Positions 50,554-60,932 of a stretch of DNA of 64,000 bases are shown here, in pieces. The notes under the pieces were generated by a model that saw nothing but the letters and a program-made list of their open reading frames with translations, had not been told where the DNA came from and made no database searches. The position numbers and the translations under genes are program-made. Location of the stretch: assembly GCA_037305845.1 (NCBI GenBank), contig CP147778.1, positions 2,912,001-2,976,000 of the forward strand, read 5' to 3'. The stretch's first letter is position 1; each line of letters begins with the position of its first letter. The DNA comes from Candidatus Freyarchaeum deiterrae (GTDB lineage Archaea; Asgardarchaeota; Jordiarchaeia; Jordiarchaeales; Jordiarchaeaceae).

Positions 50554-50686
50554 ACTTCTGCCCCGCAAGCTCAGAATTCTCGTAGGAATTCTTACTTATT
50601 GTACCTTTCTGATTTCTTTAATTTGATTGATATCCCGAAATATTTAAGTACAACGTGGAATCCTTCAGGTTTTCGGAGGGTTAAGT

Positions 50687-51136
50687 ATGAGTTACAAAGG
50701 CAAGATTTTTCCCGAATTTAAGCTAGGAGACAAGCTGGTGTCTCACTCGATAACAGTTACGGAATCCCACATAACGCTCTTCGCTGGGTTATCCGGAGAT
50801 TTTAATCCTTTACACATGAATAAGGAGTTTGCGCAAAATACGCCTTTTAAAGAAAGGATTTCTCATGGCATGCTTACATTATCTATTGGATCTGGATTCC
50901 TAGGTATGCTTCTGGCAGGAACCGCCATAGCGTTTATGGAGACGGGATGCAGTTTCAAAGCCGCCGTAAAAATCAATGATACCATTCACACGGAGTTGGA
51001 AGTTGCGGAAATGAAGCCTGTGCAGAAGTATGATGGGGGAATAGTGAAGTTTAATATGAAGATAAAAAATCAGAGAGATGAAACTGTTGTTGAAGGCTAC
51101 GCAACTGTTATGGTATCCAATAAAAGACCAAGTTGA
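50687..51136 (+). CDS. MaoC-family dehydratase
   Basis: FAGLSGDFNPLH...RISHGML motif. Confidence 0.93.
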   Translation: MSYKGKIFPEFKLGDKLVSHSITVTESHITLFAGLSGDFNPLHMNKEFAQNTPFKERISHGMLTLSIGSGFLGMLLAGTAIAFMETGCSFKAAVKINDTIHTELEVAEMKPVQKYDGGIVKFNMKIKNQRDETVVEGYATVMVSNKRPS

Positions 51137-51203
51137 ACCGAGACGTATCTGGAAAGAATATTACTATTTCCCTCATATTTAGGCTTTCAGGTCGGTTTTT
51201 CTT

Positions 51204-51599
51204 TTACTTTGTAAGTGTTTTAGCTCTTCCAAAGCGCGAAAATCTCTGCACTAATTTGCGGCTCAGAACGCCGACAATTTTACCCTTTTCTGTTACCGCT
51301 AATCTTTTGAAACCAGTTTTCTGGAATATTTCCAACGCGTCTTTTAGAGAGGCATCTACATCCACCTCTTTAAGTGGTGTTACCATTATGTCCTTGGCGG
51401 TTTTTTTGTCCAAGTTTTCTCTATCAGCAACTAGTCTAAAAATCTGGCCGTCGGTAATCAGACCGATTACCTTTCCTTTATCCTCCACGAAAATTGACCC
51501 TACCTCTGCATCTACCATTTTTTTCGCTACATGGGGAATGTCATCCGTTACTTTACAGGTAACAACATTGAACCTAGCAATATCTCTCACAGTAGACAA
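51204..51599 (-). CDS. CBS domain pair protein
   Basis: VIGLITDG and KRLAVTEKGKIVGVLS motifs. Confidence 0.9.
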   Translation of the reverse strand: MSTVRDIARFNVVTCKVTDDIPHVAKKMVDAEVGSIFVEDKGKVIGLITDGQIFRLVADRENLDKKTAKDIMVTPLKEVDVDASLKDALEIFQKTGFKRLAVTEKGKIVGVLSRKLVQRFSRFGRAKTLTK

Positions 51600-51751
51600 A
51601 ATAATTCACCTCCTACAAAAGAAAAATTTCTATTTATCTTAATTTCGAAATTTATAAACTTAACCCATAAACTCCCAAAAATAGCAAGTGAATCATTTTT
51701 AAAGGACCCTAAATTAAGGGGGGGTGGTAAAAAATGATTACAATTTATATT

Positions 51752-52162
51752 TTACAATGGTATAAAAAGGAATTCTGCCCAAAGATGAACTACGGTGCAC
51801 ATTAACGTTAACACGAATGAGACTATAACAAATTCCAGCCAGAACAGGCTGATTTTTCTTCGAAAAACCATGTAGGGCACAGGTGCAACCGTAACAATGA
51901 ATCCTACTAGATAGGGGAAAACGGCGGACAGCCAGGAAACGCCTCTGAGGAGACCTAAAATGTAAGAACTCATGCAAAAGGTGCTGCTTGTGATGACGGG
52001 TACGCCGCCCAGAATTAGCGGTATTGAGTGTAGAAATTCGTGAAATGTAGTAAACATGAACACATAATTCAAAAGCAAAGCCGAGCTACCACCTATTATT
52101 AAAAACAAGTAGGAATGCCAAATTGGTTCTGTTCTCACCAGTCTTTCTTGAACGGTTTTCAT
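51752..52162 (-). CDS. Membrane protein
   Basis: About four hydrophobic segments; SD aggtga. Confidence 0.65.
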   Translation of the reverse strand: MKTVQERLVRTEPIWHSYLFLIIGGSSALLLNYVFMFTTFHEFLHSIPLILGGVPVITSSTFCMSSYILGLLRGVSWLSAVFPYLVGFIVTVAPVPYMVFRRKISLFWLEFVIVSFVLTLMCTVVHLWAEFLFIPL

Positions 52163-52518
52163 TCTCTCATCACCTTTAAAGGTTCAAGTCAACCGTCTAC
52201 GAACTGATTCGGCCTTGAAAGGTCTGAAAGGTCTTCGATTAAGTTCGTTAATTTGATGTTATGATAATACGCGTCGTAGTTGGTCTATGATATATATAAC
52301 CTCGATATAATATATAGTTTTCTCATAACCCCCTCGTTGAGCGTTTTCTCGACTGTTTCCCTAGTTACTTCCCCTTTGTCCGTTTAATCCATGAATCTTG
52401 GTTATGTTAACCATTGGAGATTTTGTACTAATGTTCCTCATAAAGAGGCCTTATAAAAAATGAATGCTTCTCGGGGAAAAGATAGAAAAACAGAAAGAAA
52501 TGAGAAAAAAAGGTGTGC

Positions 52519-53286
52519 TTAGGCTTCGAATATTCTCCCTCTGCAATCGGGTTTATCGAATTCGTCCAGCACGTAGTCGAAGCGTTTTTTTGTTATGATT
52601 TCTGTGCAAGCATTGGCCAGTATCAGATTTACGCATTGCAAACCTCCGATCAGGCGTGATATTCCCTCATTCAATAAAGCCCGGCAGGTGTCCTTGTATG
52701 GACAATCAGAGTATAATATGCTTACCTGATTTTTTCCTTCCACTCCGAAATAATGAATCCGCTGAACCTTTTCCGCTTTGCTAACGGACAACCCTCTAGA
52801 TGCGAATGCAGCACCAGCTTTAGCAGCAAACGCTTTGGCTGCTTCCAAAACATTTTCGGTAGTTCCGACCAAATCTTTTAGCAGGCCACCTTTCTCGAGC
52901 ATGCTTTTAGTAGCGGTGTAGGCGGCTCTTCTGGATCCCGACGACCCGGCGTGGCCCTGGAGCTTGCTCTCCGTTTTGGCTATTCCGTAGATTAGGGCGC
53001 AGTTTCCTCTTGGGTATCGGTTCTCATTTGCAATAAGATATTTTATTACTGCTTCCAGCCCTCGAATGTCTTCGGGCGGCTTCTCTTTAAGCATCCTTGA
53101 CTCGAATTCCAGTGCATACTCGGAAACCATCCTATTGTAAATGGGACCGTAAAGCTTCACGTTTTCCTCAATGGAAGCTTTTGATATAAGTATATTAATT
53201 TGGTCTTCGAGCTCACCATCTATTATACATTCATTTTCAGAATTAGGCGCGTTTTCAGAATTAGATAAATTTTCAGATTTAGACAT
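52519..53286 (-). CDS. Cys-rich V4R-like family protein, paralog 3
   Basis: CPYKDTC...GGLQC...DEFDKPDCRGRIFE. Confidence 0.75.
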   Translation of the reverse strand: MSKSENLSNSENAPNSENECIIDGELEDQINILISKASIEENVKLYGPIYNRMVSEYALEFESRMLKEKPPEDIRGLEAVIKYLIANENRYPRGNCALIYGIAKTESKLQGHAGSSGSRRAAYTATKSMLEKGGLLKDLVGTTENVLEAAKAFAAKAGAAFASRGLSVSKAEKVQRIHYFGVEGKNQVSILYSDCPYKDTCRALLNEGISRLIGGLQCVNLILANACTEIITKKRFDYVLDEFDKPDCRGRIFEA

Positions 53287-53815
53287 GGGAATCAACCACC
53301 AAATAAAAATTATTTTATTTCCTCACTGTCTTTGTTTGGTCAATAAATAAATGGTCTCTACTTAAAAGAGAGAGTTTTCAGTTATTTAAACATTATTAAT
53401 ATATTTTTGTGTTATACTTTCTTCTTCCTATTTCTCTCGAAGGATTTTCCATATCAGCACCGTTTGCGGTTTCCAATGATAAGGGAGAGCCATTTTTTAA
53501 TGTTTATCGTGATGATTTTTTCTAAAAGGAATCCATAATTTCTGTAATAATTTTTTTGTCCCTGGTTGCTGGATGAAACAATATGGGGGCTCTTTCTTAT
53601 CTATAATCAATTTGAACAATTCAAATATCAGCTGCTTAAACTAGACCAGACGAACCGAAATGCGAGTATTTTTAGAGTATACATTAAAAAGAGAACATTT
53701 ACTTAGTTTTTCTCCTAAGATGAGAACGTTCCAGATTTTCGGAGAGCGACGAATTTCATTCTTTTAAAAGAAAGGGTTTTACTCATTTAGATTTCTAAAT
53801 TTCCATTTTGATTTT

Positions 53816-54043
53816 TCACTGACTTCCTCTCTGTATTGCCGCGCTTTCATCAACAAGTCTTCCAATCTTCAAAGCTCTTCTAGAGATTTTCTCTGTATCT
53901 TCATTACTGAATCTGCAACTAGTGTATATTCCCCTAACTGGATTGAAAACAATCTTTTTCTCTATTTCTGGAAGCTCGCATATAAATGCACAATATCCCC
54001 CATCGACTTTTTTGTCTTGTATGCGACAAAAAACTTGAGGCAT
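53816..54043 (-). CDS. Small Cys-containing hypothetical protein
   Basis: SD caggagaagg before the ATG; four Cys; 75 aa. Confidence 0.6.
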   Translation of the reverse strand: MPQVFCRIQDKKVDGGYCAFICELPEIEKKIVFNPVRGIYTSCRFSNEDTEKISRRALKIGRLVDESAAIQRGSQ

Positions 54044-54160
54044 ATATCCTTCTCCTGAACATTCTTTTGTTTATTAAGCGGATGATTACATATTTATATT
54101 CGGTTAATATCCTGATATATTTGGTAGACACATTGAAGTATTATTTAACTATTACGGAGA

Positions 54161-54274
54161 TACTCCCCGCCCCGGAGGACTGAGGGTTCTACACTCCTAT
54201 CGTTAGTGTTAGAACTGTGGAGCACGCAACCGCCCTGTTGGCGGCTTCTGCATCCTTCTCGGGTGAGCAAGCTC
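54161..54274. ncRNA. Candidate structured RNA (three-way junction) or IS200/IS605 end remnant
   Basis: GC-rich island in an AT-rich spacer with two internal hairpins and a closing stem. Confidence 0.45.
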
Positions 54275-54512
54275 TATTATCCAAATTCCTTTTTTCAGTA
54301 TTTAGATTCCACACAATTCATTCTTTACTCTTAAAAGTGTATCGGCTTTCTTGCTAATCCTTGGTAACTGAAACGAGCAACCTTACAGGTTTCTGAGAAT
54401 GAATCTTGTTTCGGGGTTCGATTAATATTAGAGATTGACCGAAAGGAAAGAGTGAGGAGAGAATTGGGGTGTAGCTTTGCTTGGAATCTATTGTGAATGT
54501 TTTCTTCTGTTT

Positions 54513-54731
54513 TCACATCACTTCTGGTTTTAACTCGTCTAAGAATTCCTCGAGCTTCTTTGCGCTAGTGAAAACTTTTATCATATCCAACTCTTCTATT
54601 CTGACGATTGCCTGACCCGACTTTACTGTTACATACACTCCCCCGCACTTTTGATCATGGTTTAAATAAACCATGTCTTCGGAGTTTCTGCATCGCCAGT
54701 ATCTCTTTCTTCTTAGAACTTTTCTAAACAT
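54513..54731 (-). CDS. Small hypothetical protein
   Basis: Strong SD gaggtgg directly before the ATG; 72 aa. Confidence 0.6.
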   Translation of the reverse strand: MFRKVLRRKRYWRCRNSEDMVYLNHDQKCGGVYVTVKSGQAIVRIEELDMIKVFTSAKKLEEFLDELKPEVM

Positions 54732-55192
54732 ACCACCTCACCTTATCGAACCGCTTTTCAATGCAATTATCTTTTTGTGCGGATGTAACTTATTAGGGTT
54801 GCTTTGCTGAAAGTTGAAATCTGAATATAAGGAAATTGCTGAAAATGCAAAACTTAAATAAAATTTTTGGTTTTTTTCAAATACTAGTTAATACAAGGTT
54901 ATCAGAAACAGAATTTTACTTAGGGAAGCATCTGAACAAAAGTTTCAGTCTAAAGTTCAGGGCGCCACGATACAAACCAGAAAAAGCAACATTTAAGAAA
55001 AGATCAAAAACGATACCCCGTTAAAAGGCATTAAATTCGCTTCATTCTAAAAAATTGAATTAAACCCCTTTTACAAAAACAAGTTAAATATAAACGCAGA
55101 CTTCAAAAAAGATTGAACATATTCGACAAATGACAAGTCAAGTCTGAGATTCAAAAAAATAAAAATAAAGATTAAAAAAAAAGAGGGAAATT

Positions 55193-56896
55193 CTAAGCAG
55201 GCTTCATTTTCTGTATCTCTTGTTCTCTTAGCACTCTTCTCAGTGTCTTACCAACCATACTCTTAGGCAGCGCGTCCAAGAATTCTACGTATCTCGGATA
55301 TTTGTATGCCGCCATTCGTTCCTTGCACCAGTCAAAAATCTGATCCTCACTAACCTTACCCTTGAACTCGGGTTTCAAAACGATAAATACCTTAATCTGC
55401 TCACCCGATTCGGGGTCAGGTACACCTATCACTGTAGCGTCCATTACCGCTTCGTTTTCGAATAAAACCTCTTCAAGCTCCCTCGGATAAACACTGTGAC
55501 CCTTATACTTGATTATGTCCTTGGTACGGTCCATGATGTAGAAGTGTCCCTTCTCATCCATTCGCGCAAGGTCGCCGGTCTTCAACCACTTCTTACCTTC
55601 AACTTCAAAGAACACCTTCTTGGTTTCCTCGGGGCGTTTCCAGTAACCTTTCATAACCTGAGGACCGCTGACCACCAGCTCACCCAGCTCACCGATGGGC
55701 AAAAACGCGTTAGTATCGGGATCCACGATACCCGCCAGAGTATTCGGAACCGGAGGACCGATAGACCCAGGCACACCAATAAAAATTGGGGCGGGACGAG
55801 TGTGGGTAACCGGACTTGCTTCGGTTAAACCGTAGCCCTCACTAAGAGGATTACCCGATACCTGCTGCCACTGCTTAAAAAGTTCGACGGGAGCTGGAGC
55901 AGCACCCATACTGAGATACTTCAAGCTAGAGAAATCAATACTATGAGACTTGGGATGATTCAGTAAATAGATTAGGATAGCGGGAACAGCGAGAAGCGTA
56001 TTCGGCTTAAAGTTCTGGATTGCGTCAAGAACCTGAACGGGATCAAACTGGGTAAAACACGTACTGATACTATTCAACAAAGTAGCAGTAGCAATCTCGC
56101 AGGTCTGCCCGTATATGTGATACCATGGTAGCACTGAAATTCCTCTTGTTCTTTCATAGCCGTACTTTTTGTTTATGGTTTCTGTAATGGGCTTTATCTG
56201 TAAGGCGTTCGCTAAAATGTTGTAATGAGTAAGCATTGCGCCCTTAGGCAGGCCGGTTGTTCCTCCTGTGTACTGGAGCACCGCTACGTCTTCTGTGGGT
56301 TTTATTCTTATCTTCGGCGGCATTGGTGGAGTTTTTTCCATTAGTTCTTCGTATTTCACTATTTTGTCCAGGTCTTCTTTATCTATGTTAAGTTTCTCCC
56401 CGCCAATGCTGGTAACTATAATGTTTTTGAGCTGAGTTTCACCCTTAATCTGCTTAACGTTGTTGTAGAAAAGATCAATTGTCACTATGGTTTTTGCTCC
56501 GCTGTCCTTCAACTGGTAAGCTACCTCACGGGGTACAAATAGAGGGCTGATGGCGGTAACAGTGGCTCCAGACATTAAAATGCCGTAGTACGCCACCAGA
56601 AACTGGATGCAGTTCGGGAGGTAAATCGCAACTACATCATCCCTTCTCACTCCTAGATTGTAGAGAGCTGCCGCTAATTTCATAGCCCCGTCGCGAACTT
56701 GTTTGCGAGTGTACCCTTTACCATAAAAGAACATGAAAGCCTCGTCACCCCACTTTGCCACAGATTCATTGAGTGTATCGATCAAAGTCTTGTCTTTGGG
56801 AATTTTAACCTCTTTGGGATAATCCTTAGGATAGTAATTCAACCATATTTTCTTCTTGACATAATCAGGCAACTGAATATATTTTACGTTAAACAT
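55193..56896 (-). CDS. Long-chain fatty acid--CoA ligase (AMP-forming)
   Basis: YTGGTTGLPKG, EGYGLTE, TGDL, DRTKD and LPKSMVGK motifs. Confidence 0.95.
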   Translation of the reverse strand: MFNVKYIQLPDYVKKKIWLNYYPKDYPKEVKIPKDKTLIDTLNESVAKWGDEAFMFFYGKGYTRKQVRDGAMKLAAALYNLGVRRDDVVAIYLPNCIQFLVAYYGILMSGATVTAISPLFVPREVAYQLKDSGAKTIVTIDLFYNNVKQIKGETQLKNIIVTSIGGEKLNIDKEDLDKIVKYEELMEKTPPMPPKIRIKPTEDVAVLQYTGGTTGLPKGAMLTHYNILANALQIKPITETINKKYGYERTRGISVLPWYHIYGQTCEIATATLLNSISTCFTQFDPVQVLDAIQNFKPNTLLAVPAILIYLLNHPKSHSIDFSSLKYLSMGAAPAPVELFKQWQQVSGNPLSEGYGLTEASPVTHTRPAPIFIGVPGSIGPPVPNTLAGIVDPDTNAFLPIGELGELVVSGPQVMKGYWKRPEETKKVFFEVEGKKWLKTGDLARMDEKGHFYIMDRTKDIIKYKGHSVYPRELEEVLFENEAVMDATVIGVPDPESGEQIKVFIVLKPEFKGKVSEDQIFDWCKERMAAYKYPRYVEFLDALPKSMVGKTLRRVLREQEIQKMKPA

Positions 56897-57103
56897 CTGA
56901 AAAGTCCACCCTACTTCCATTTTATCTTAATATAATTTATCGGTTTACTAATTAATAAATACTATTACCCATTTTTACACAATTATCCCCTTTTCTTTTC
57001 GGCGGAATAAGCCCTTGTAATTAAATTTTCATGTCCCACATCCTTTTTTTCTTGTTTTCCGATATTCAGATATGTACTCCTTTTTAATTATTGTTCAGGA
57101 GGT

Positions 57104-58375
57104 GTGTTTTTGTCCTTAGAGGAGTTGGCTCTTAATTATCATAGAAATAATACCCCCGGCAATGGTAAATTCGAAGTCATTGCAAAGACGCCTGTGAGAA
57201 ACCTAAAAGATCTGGCTCTTGCTTATACTCCCGGAGTCGCCGAACCCTCAAGAGTGATAAGTAAAGACTTATCCAAGATTTACGATTTCACAGTTAAGGG
57301 AAACCTTGTAGCGGTTGTTTCAGACGGTACATCTGTTTTAGGATTGGGAAACATCGGGCCTTACGCGGCTGTACCCGTGATGGAAGGAAAAGCAATTCTT
57401 TTTAAGATGCTTGCAGGTGTGGACGCCTTCCCCATCTGTTTAGCAACAAAAGACCCGAGTGGAGTAGTTGAAGCAGTCAAAGCTATTGCGCCGGTCTTTG
57501 GAGGAGTAAATCTTGAAGACATTGGGGCCCCCTCATGCTTTGAGGTTGAATCACGATTAAAAAAAGAGCTGGATATTCCTGTCCTTCATGACGACCAGCA
57601 TGGAACCGCAGTAGTAGTTCTGGCGGGTTTAACAAACGCTCTAAAGGTTGTCGACAAAAAAATGGACGAAGTTCAAGTCGTGATTAATGGAGCCGGCGCA
57701 GCGGGTCTGACGGTGTCAAAGTTTCTATTGAAAGCCGGAGTAAAAGATTTGAGCCTGTGCGATAGTCAGGGAGCAATCTACGAGGGCAGAACTCAAAACA
57801 TGAATCCTTACAAGGAAGAAATCGCGCGTATCACGAATAAAAAGAGAATCGAGGGAAAACTATCAGACCTGATGAAAGACGCTGATGTATTTATCGGACT
57901 CTCTGTCGCGGGGATTGTTACTCGACAAATGGTGGAATCGATGGCAGACGACCCAATTGTTTTCGCAATGGCTAATCCAGTGCCTGAGATAATGCCCGAC
58001 GAAGCCTTAGAGGGTGGAGCAAAAGTCGTGGCAACCGGTAGATCAGATTTCCCAAATCAAATAAACAACGTACTAGGATTTCCCGGAATCTTTAGAGGAG
58101 CACTCGATGTGCGGGCTTCAGACATAAATGAAGAAATGAAAATAGCCGCAGCTCACGCCATAGCATCACTCGTTCCGGAGGAGAAGCTTTCAGAAAAATA
58201 CATAATCACCAGTCCCCTAGACCCGCGAGTTATGCCCGAGGAAGCCGCAGCGGTAGCCGAAGCAGCCATGAAAAGCGGAGTGGCTAGAACAAAAATAAAC
58301 CCCAGAGAAGTAGCAGAGCACACCAGAAAACTTGTTAATCTACAAAAGAAAAGAACACCCAAACTGTTCCCTTAA
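57104..58375 (+). CDS. NAD(P)-dependent malic enzyme
   Basis: AYTPGVA, VMEGKAILFK, NLEDI, HDDQHGTA, GAGAAG and NQINN motifs; likely start TTG 57110. Confidence 0.96.
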   Translation: MFLSLEELALNYHRNNTPGNGKFEVIAKTPVRNLKDLALAYTPGVAEPSRVISKDLSKIYDFTVKGNLVAVVSDGTSVLGLGNIGPYAAVPVMEGKAILFKMLAGVDAFPICLATKDPSGVVEAVKAIAPVFGGVNLEDIGAPSCFEVESRLKKELDIPVLHDDQHGTAVVVLAGLTNALKVVDKKMDEVQVVINGAGAAGLTVSKFLLKAGVKDLSLCDSQGAIYEGRTQNMNPYKEEIARITNKKRIEGKLSDLMKDADVFIGLSVAGIVTRQMVESMADDPIVFAMANPVPEIMPDEALEGGAKVVATGRSDFPNQINNVLGFPGIFRGALDVRASDINEEMKIAAAHAIASLVPEEKLSEKYIITSPLDPRVMPEEAAAVAEAAMKSGVARTKINPREVAEHTRKLVNLQKKRTPKLFP

Positions 58376-58591
58376 CCATTCTAAATTTTAACAATATTTC
58401 ATTATTTACTCAGCAATAGTTAGTCAAATTTTTCTAGCACATATATCCATTCCCAACTAAACAATTGGCACATAAATAGTGAATTTACGAAAAAAACCAG
58501 ATGCAAACTCAATCCCTGCAACTTTTCAACTCGCATTTTATCTTAAATTAAGATTAAAAAAAGAAGATTTTTTGATGAATTTTTCACGATT

Positions 58592-58756
58592 CTATCCTTT
58601 ATATTCTTCGAACATATCCTTTGCTGCTCCGCAAACCGGACAAGTCCAGTCTGCTGGAAGGACTTCAAAGGCTGTTCCGGGTGGTATGCCTTTCTCCGGG
58701 TCTCCTACATCTGGGTCATAAATATATCCACAAACTGTACATTGCCACTTCTGCAT
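58592..58756 (-). CDS. Rubredoxin (54 aa, absent from the ORF track)
   Basis: Manual translation [15 protein letters not shown]...WTCPVCG...EEYKG*; SD aggagg. Confidence 0.95.
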   Translation of the reverse strand: MQKWQCTVCGYIYDPDVGDPEKGIPPGTAFEVLPADWTCPVCGAAKDMFEEYKG

Positions 58757-58971
58757 CCCTTTTCCTCCTTTTATAACTCTTTTCAGAATTTTTAATTGAA
58801 ATTAAGAAGAAGAATAAAAATATATTTCTTTCGTTAAGATTTTTAAAAAGGCAGTGAGTATATATAGATACATCATTCATGGAGAGATAGCCACTTTATC
58901 TTTGTGGCTTGTAAGCCGAGTCTTGTCTCATCAAATTAAAAGAGAGTATTTTTTGCACTTGTTTTTTGACT

Positions 58972-59136
58972 CTACTCTTCCAGGGGTTCAAACATATCTT
59001 TTGGTACTCCACAGACCGGGCATACCCAGTCATCTGGGAGGTCTTCAAAAGTGGTTCCCGGTGGAACGCCTCCGTCCGGGTCTCCTACATTTGGATCATA
59101 AATATATCCGCAGGATGTGCATTGCCATTTCTGCAT
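58972..59136 (-). CDS. Rubredoxin (54 aa, absent from the ORF track)
   Basis: Manual translation [15 protein letters not shown]...WVCPVCG...PLEE*; SD ggagg. Confidence 0.95.
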   Translation of the reverse strand: MQKWQCTSCGYIYDPNVGDPDGGVPPGTTFEDLPDDWVCPVCGVPKDMFEPLEE

Positions 59137-59854
59137 CACATTTTTCCTCCATCAATTTTTGACACTCAGTTCTTTTATACCAGATTTCTTTATATAATTT
59201 ATCGTTAAATTCTTCCCATTTTTCAATGGGTCGTCTTTTTACAAGAAACATACCGTGCGTTTATGGCTATTTCTTAATTTATCAAATTCATAAATATTGT
59301 GTTGAGTCTCTTTTCTTCAACTAAAAATTCCTTATAAATTCGTTTTTGAATACACTAATGTAATACACATCATTGTTTTTTAAGTGTCCTAAAACTGGGA
59401 ATTTTGGATTTTTTTCTACAAATTGATTGTCCAAAAATCTCTTAATCTCAATGTTGCAATTTTTGAAAATTAAAAATGTATTCAACAGTTTTTTATAAAT
59501 ATAAAATAATATTCTTTAGCGTCTTTAGCTAATTACAAAATATTTAACATCATTAAAATAACACAACCAGTGCATTCTATTAATGAAAGTCACCGAAAAA
59601 AAGCAGTCAATGTCTCCATGAAAGAAGAGATTTTATCAGTATTCACCTCAGCTAATCTGAGAGGCAGAATAAATGCTATGTCCGACTTCTGCGAACCTGA
59701 AAAATTCGTTGTCGACCAGGGTTGAAAGTTAGAAGATGGAATCCACTAACTTGAAATGTTTATTGGATAAGCAAACTCTAAGCGTTTTTATAAAAAAGAT
59801 TTAGTAAAAAAAGGGAACTATTTTTTTTCCATTTTTTTTAAACGGAAAAATCAT

Positions 59855-60064
59855 TTAAAATCTGGACTCTCTTCTTTGATAAGATCTTTTCGGTCGCTTT
59901 TTCTGGTAGCATTCTCGACAGTAAACCGGTCTAACGCCGTCTGGTTTGAATGGAACCTGAGTTTCCTTACCACAATCGGCGCAGGTTACAGTGTGCATCT
60001 CTCGAGGTGGACGTTCTCCACGTCCTCTTCTGTCCTGTCCAGAATCTTCGTCGTCTTCGCTCAT
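59855..60064 (-). CDS. CxxC-x17-CxxC zinc-binding protein
   Basis: CADCGKETQVPFKPDGVRPVYCREC; ATG at 60064 after SD aaggagga. Confidence 0.9.
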   Translation of the reverse strand: MSEDDEDSGQDRRGRGERPPREMHTVTCADCGKETQVPFKPDGVRPVYCRECYQKKRPKRSYQRRESRF

Positions 60065-60545
60065 ATTAATCCTCCTTGTCAGTATTAGGAACTCTTTTTT
60101 TAGAAAAAGAGCCACTGTCTGAAGTAAAACACTAAGAATATATAAACTGTATCCCTTCGCGCACAATTTTATGTCGATACGAAGGTTTAAACTTGATTTT
60201 TCCCCAAAACCTATTGGTTTTTGAAAAACTCCGTTATTTACAAAGAGATTTCTGGAGTATTTCCTAATTGCTATTAGGGTGTCTCTATTCCTAAATATAA
60301 TATGTTACAAATCACTATAATATATTTTCATTCACACTCAATTATTTAATTTACAAATTGAATTTTATAGATTATTTTTTGTTTATAATTATTGGGCGCG
60401 TTTTACATGAAGTTTCGGAAAAAAAAGGTCTTTTTGCAGAAAATTTTAATCTTTTGTTTATTTTTGCACACATATTTATTAGTGTTACATGTTTCTATTT
60501 TTCTAAGTTAATTTTGGATAAAGGGATGAGAGGTTTACACATACC

Positions 60546-60809
60546 ATGACAGATAAAGCATTTCAAACGATTTGCTCATTAAAAAATGGAGTTTGTGAAA
60601 AAACTCGAATAATAATTAATTTCGAGAAAAACGCCGCAACCATTAATCCGGAGAAATGCCTTGAATGTCCACTTTTAGAGGAAAAGGTAAGAAGATCGGT
60701 AATAATACTTTCTGGTTCTCCTATGACTGAGCTGTACAAAAAAATGCCCACATTTATAATAGGCTTTGATTTACAAATTCCTAAGAGAACCATAGAAACG
60801 GAACAGTAA
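60546..60809 (+). CDS. Small Cys-rich hypothetical protein
   Basis: C-x6-C...CLECP; SD gaggt. Confidence 0.55.
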   Translation: MTDKAFQTICSLKNGVCEKTRIIINFEKNAATINPEKCLECPLLEEKVRRSVIILSGSPMTELYKKMPTFIIGFDLQIPKRTIETEQ

Positions 60810-60932
60810 CTAATAGACCATCATGAAAAAAGTCTAAACAAACATCTTCAATATTCGAAACTCGGAAACTTACTTACTATGAGATTCTTGGGGAGTGGGT
60901 ACTAGAACAATTTCACAAAATTATATTTGGGA

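Noticed and set aside
54161-54274. tRNA, 5S rRNA or known riboswitch
   Set aside because: No T-loop/anticodon cloverleaf and no recognisable 5S, TPP, SAM-I, fluoride or Moco consensus on either strand
58479-59208. Plus-strand ORFs 58479, 58854 and 58966
   Set aside because: Antisense shadows of the two rubredoxin genes
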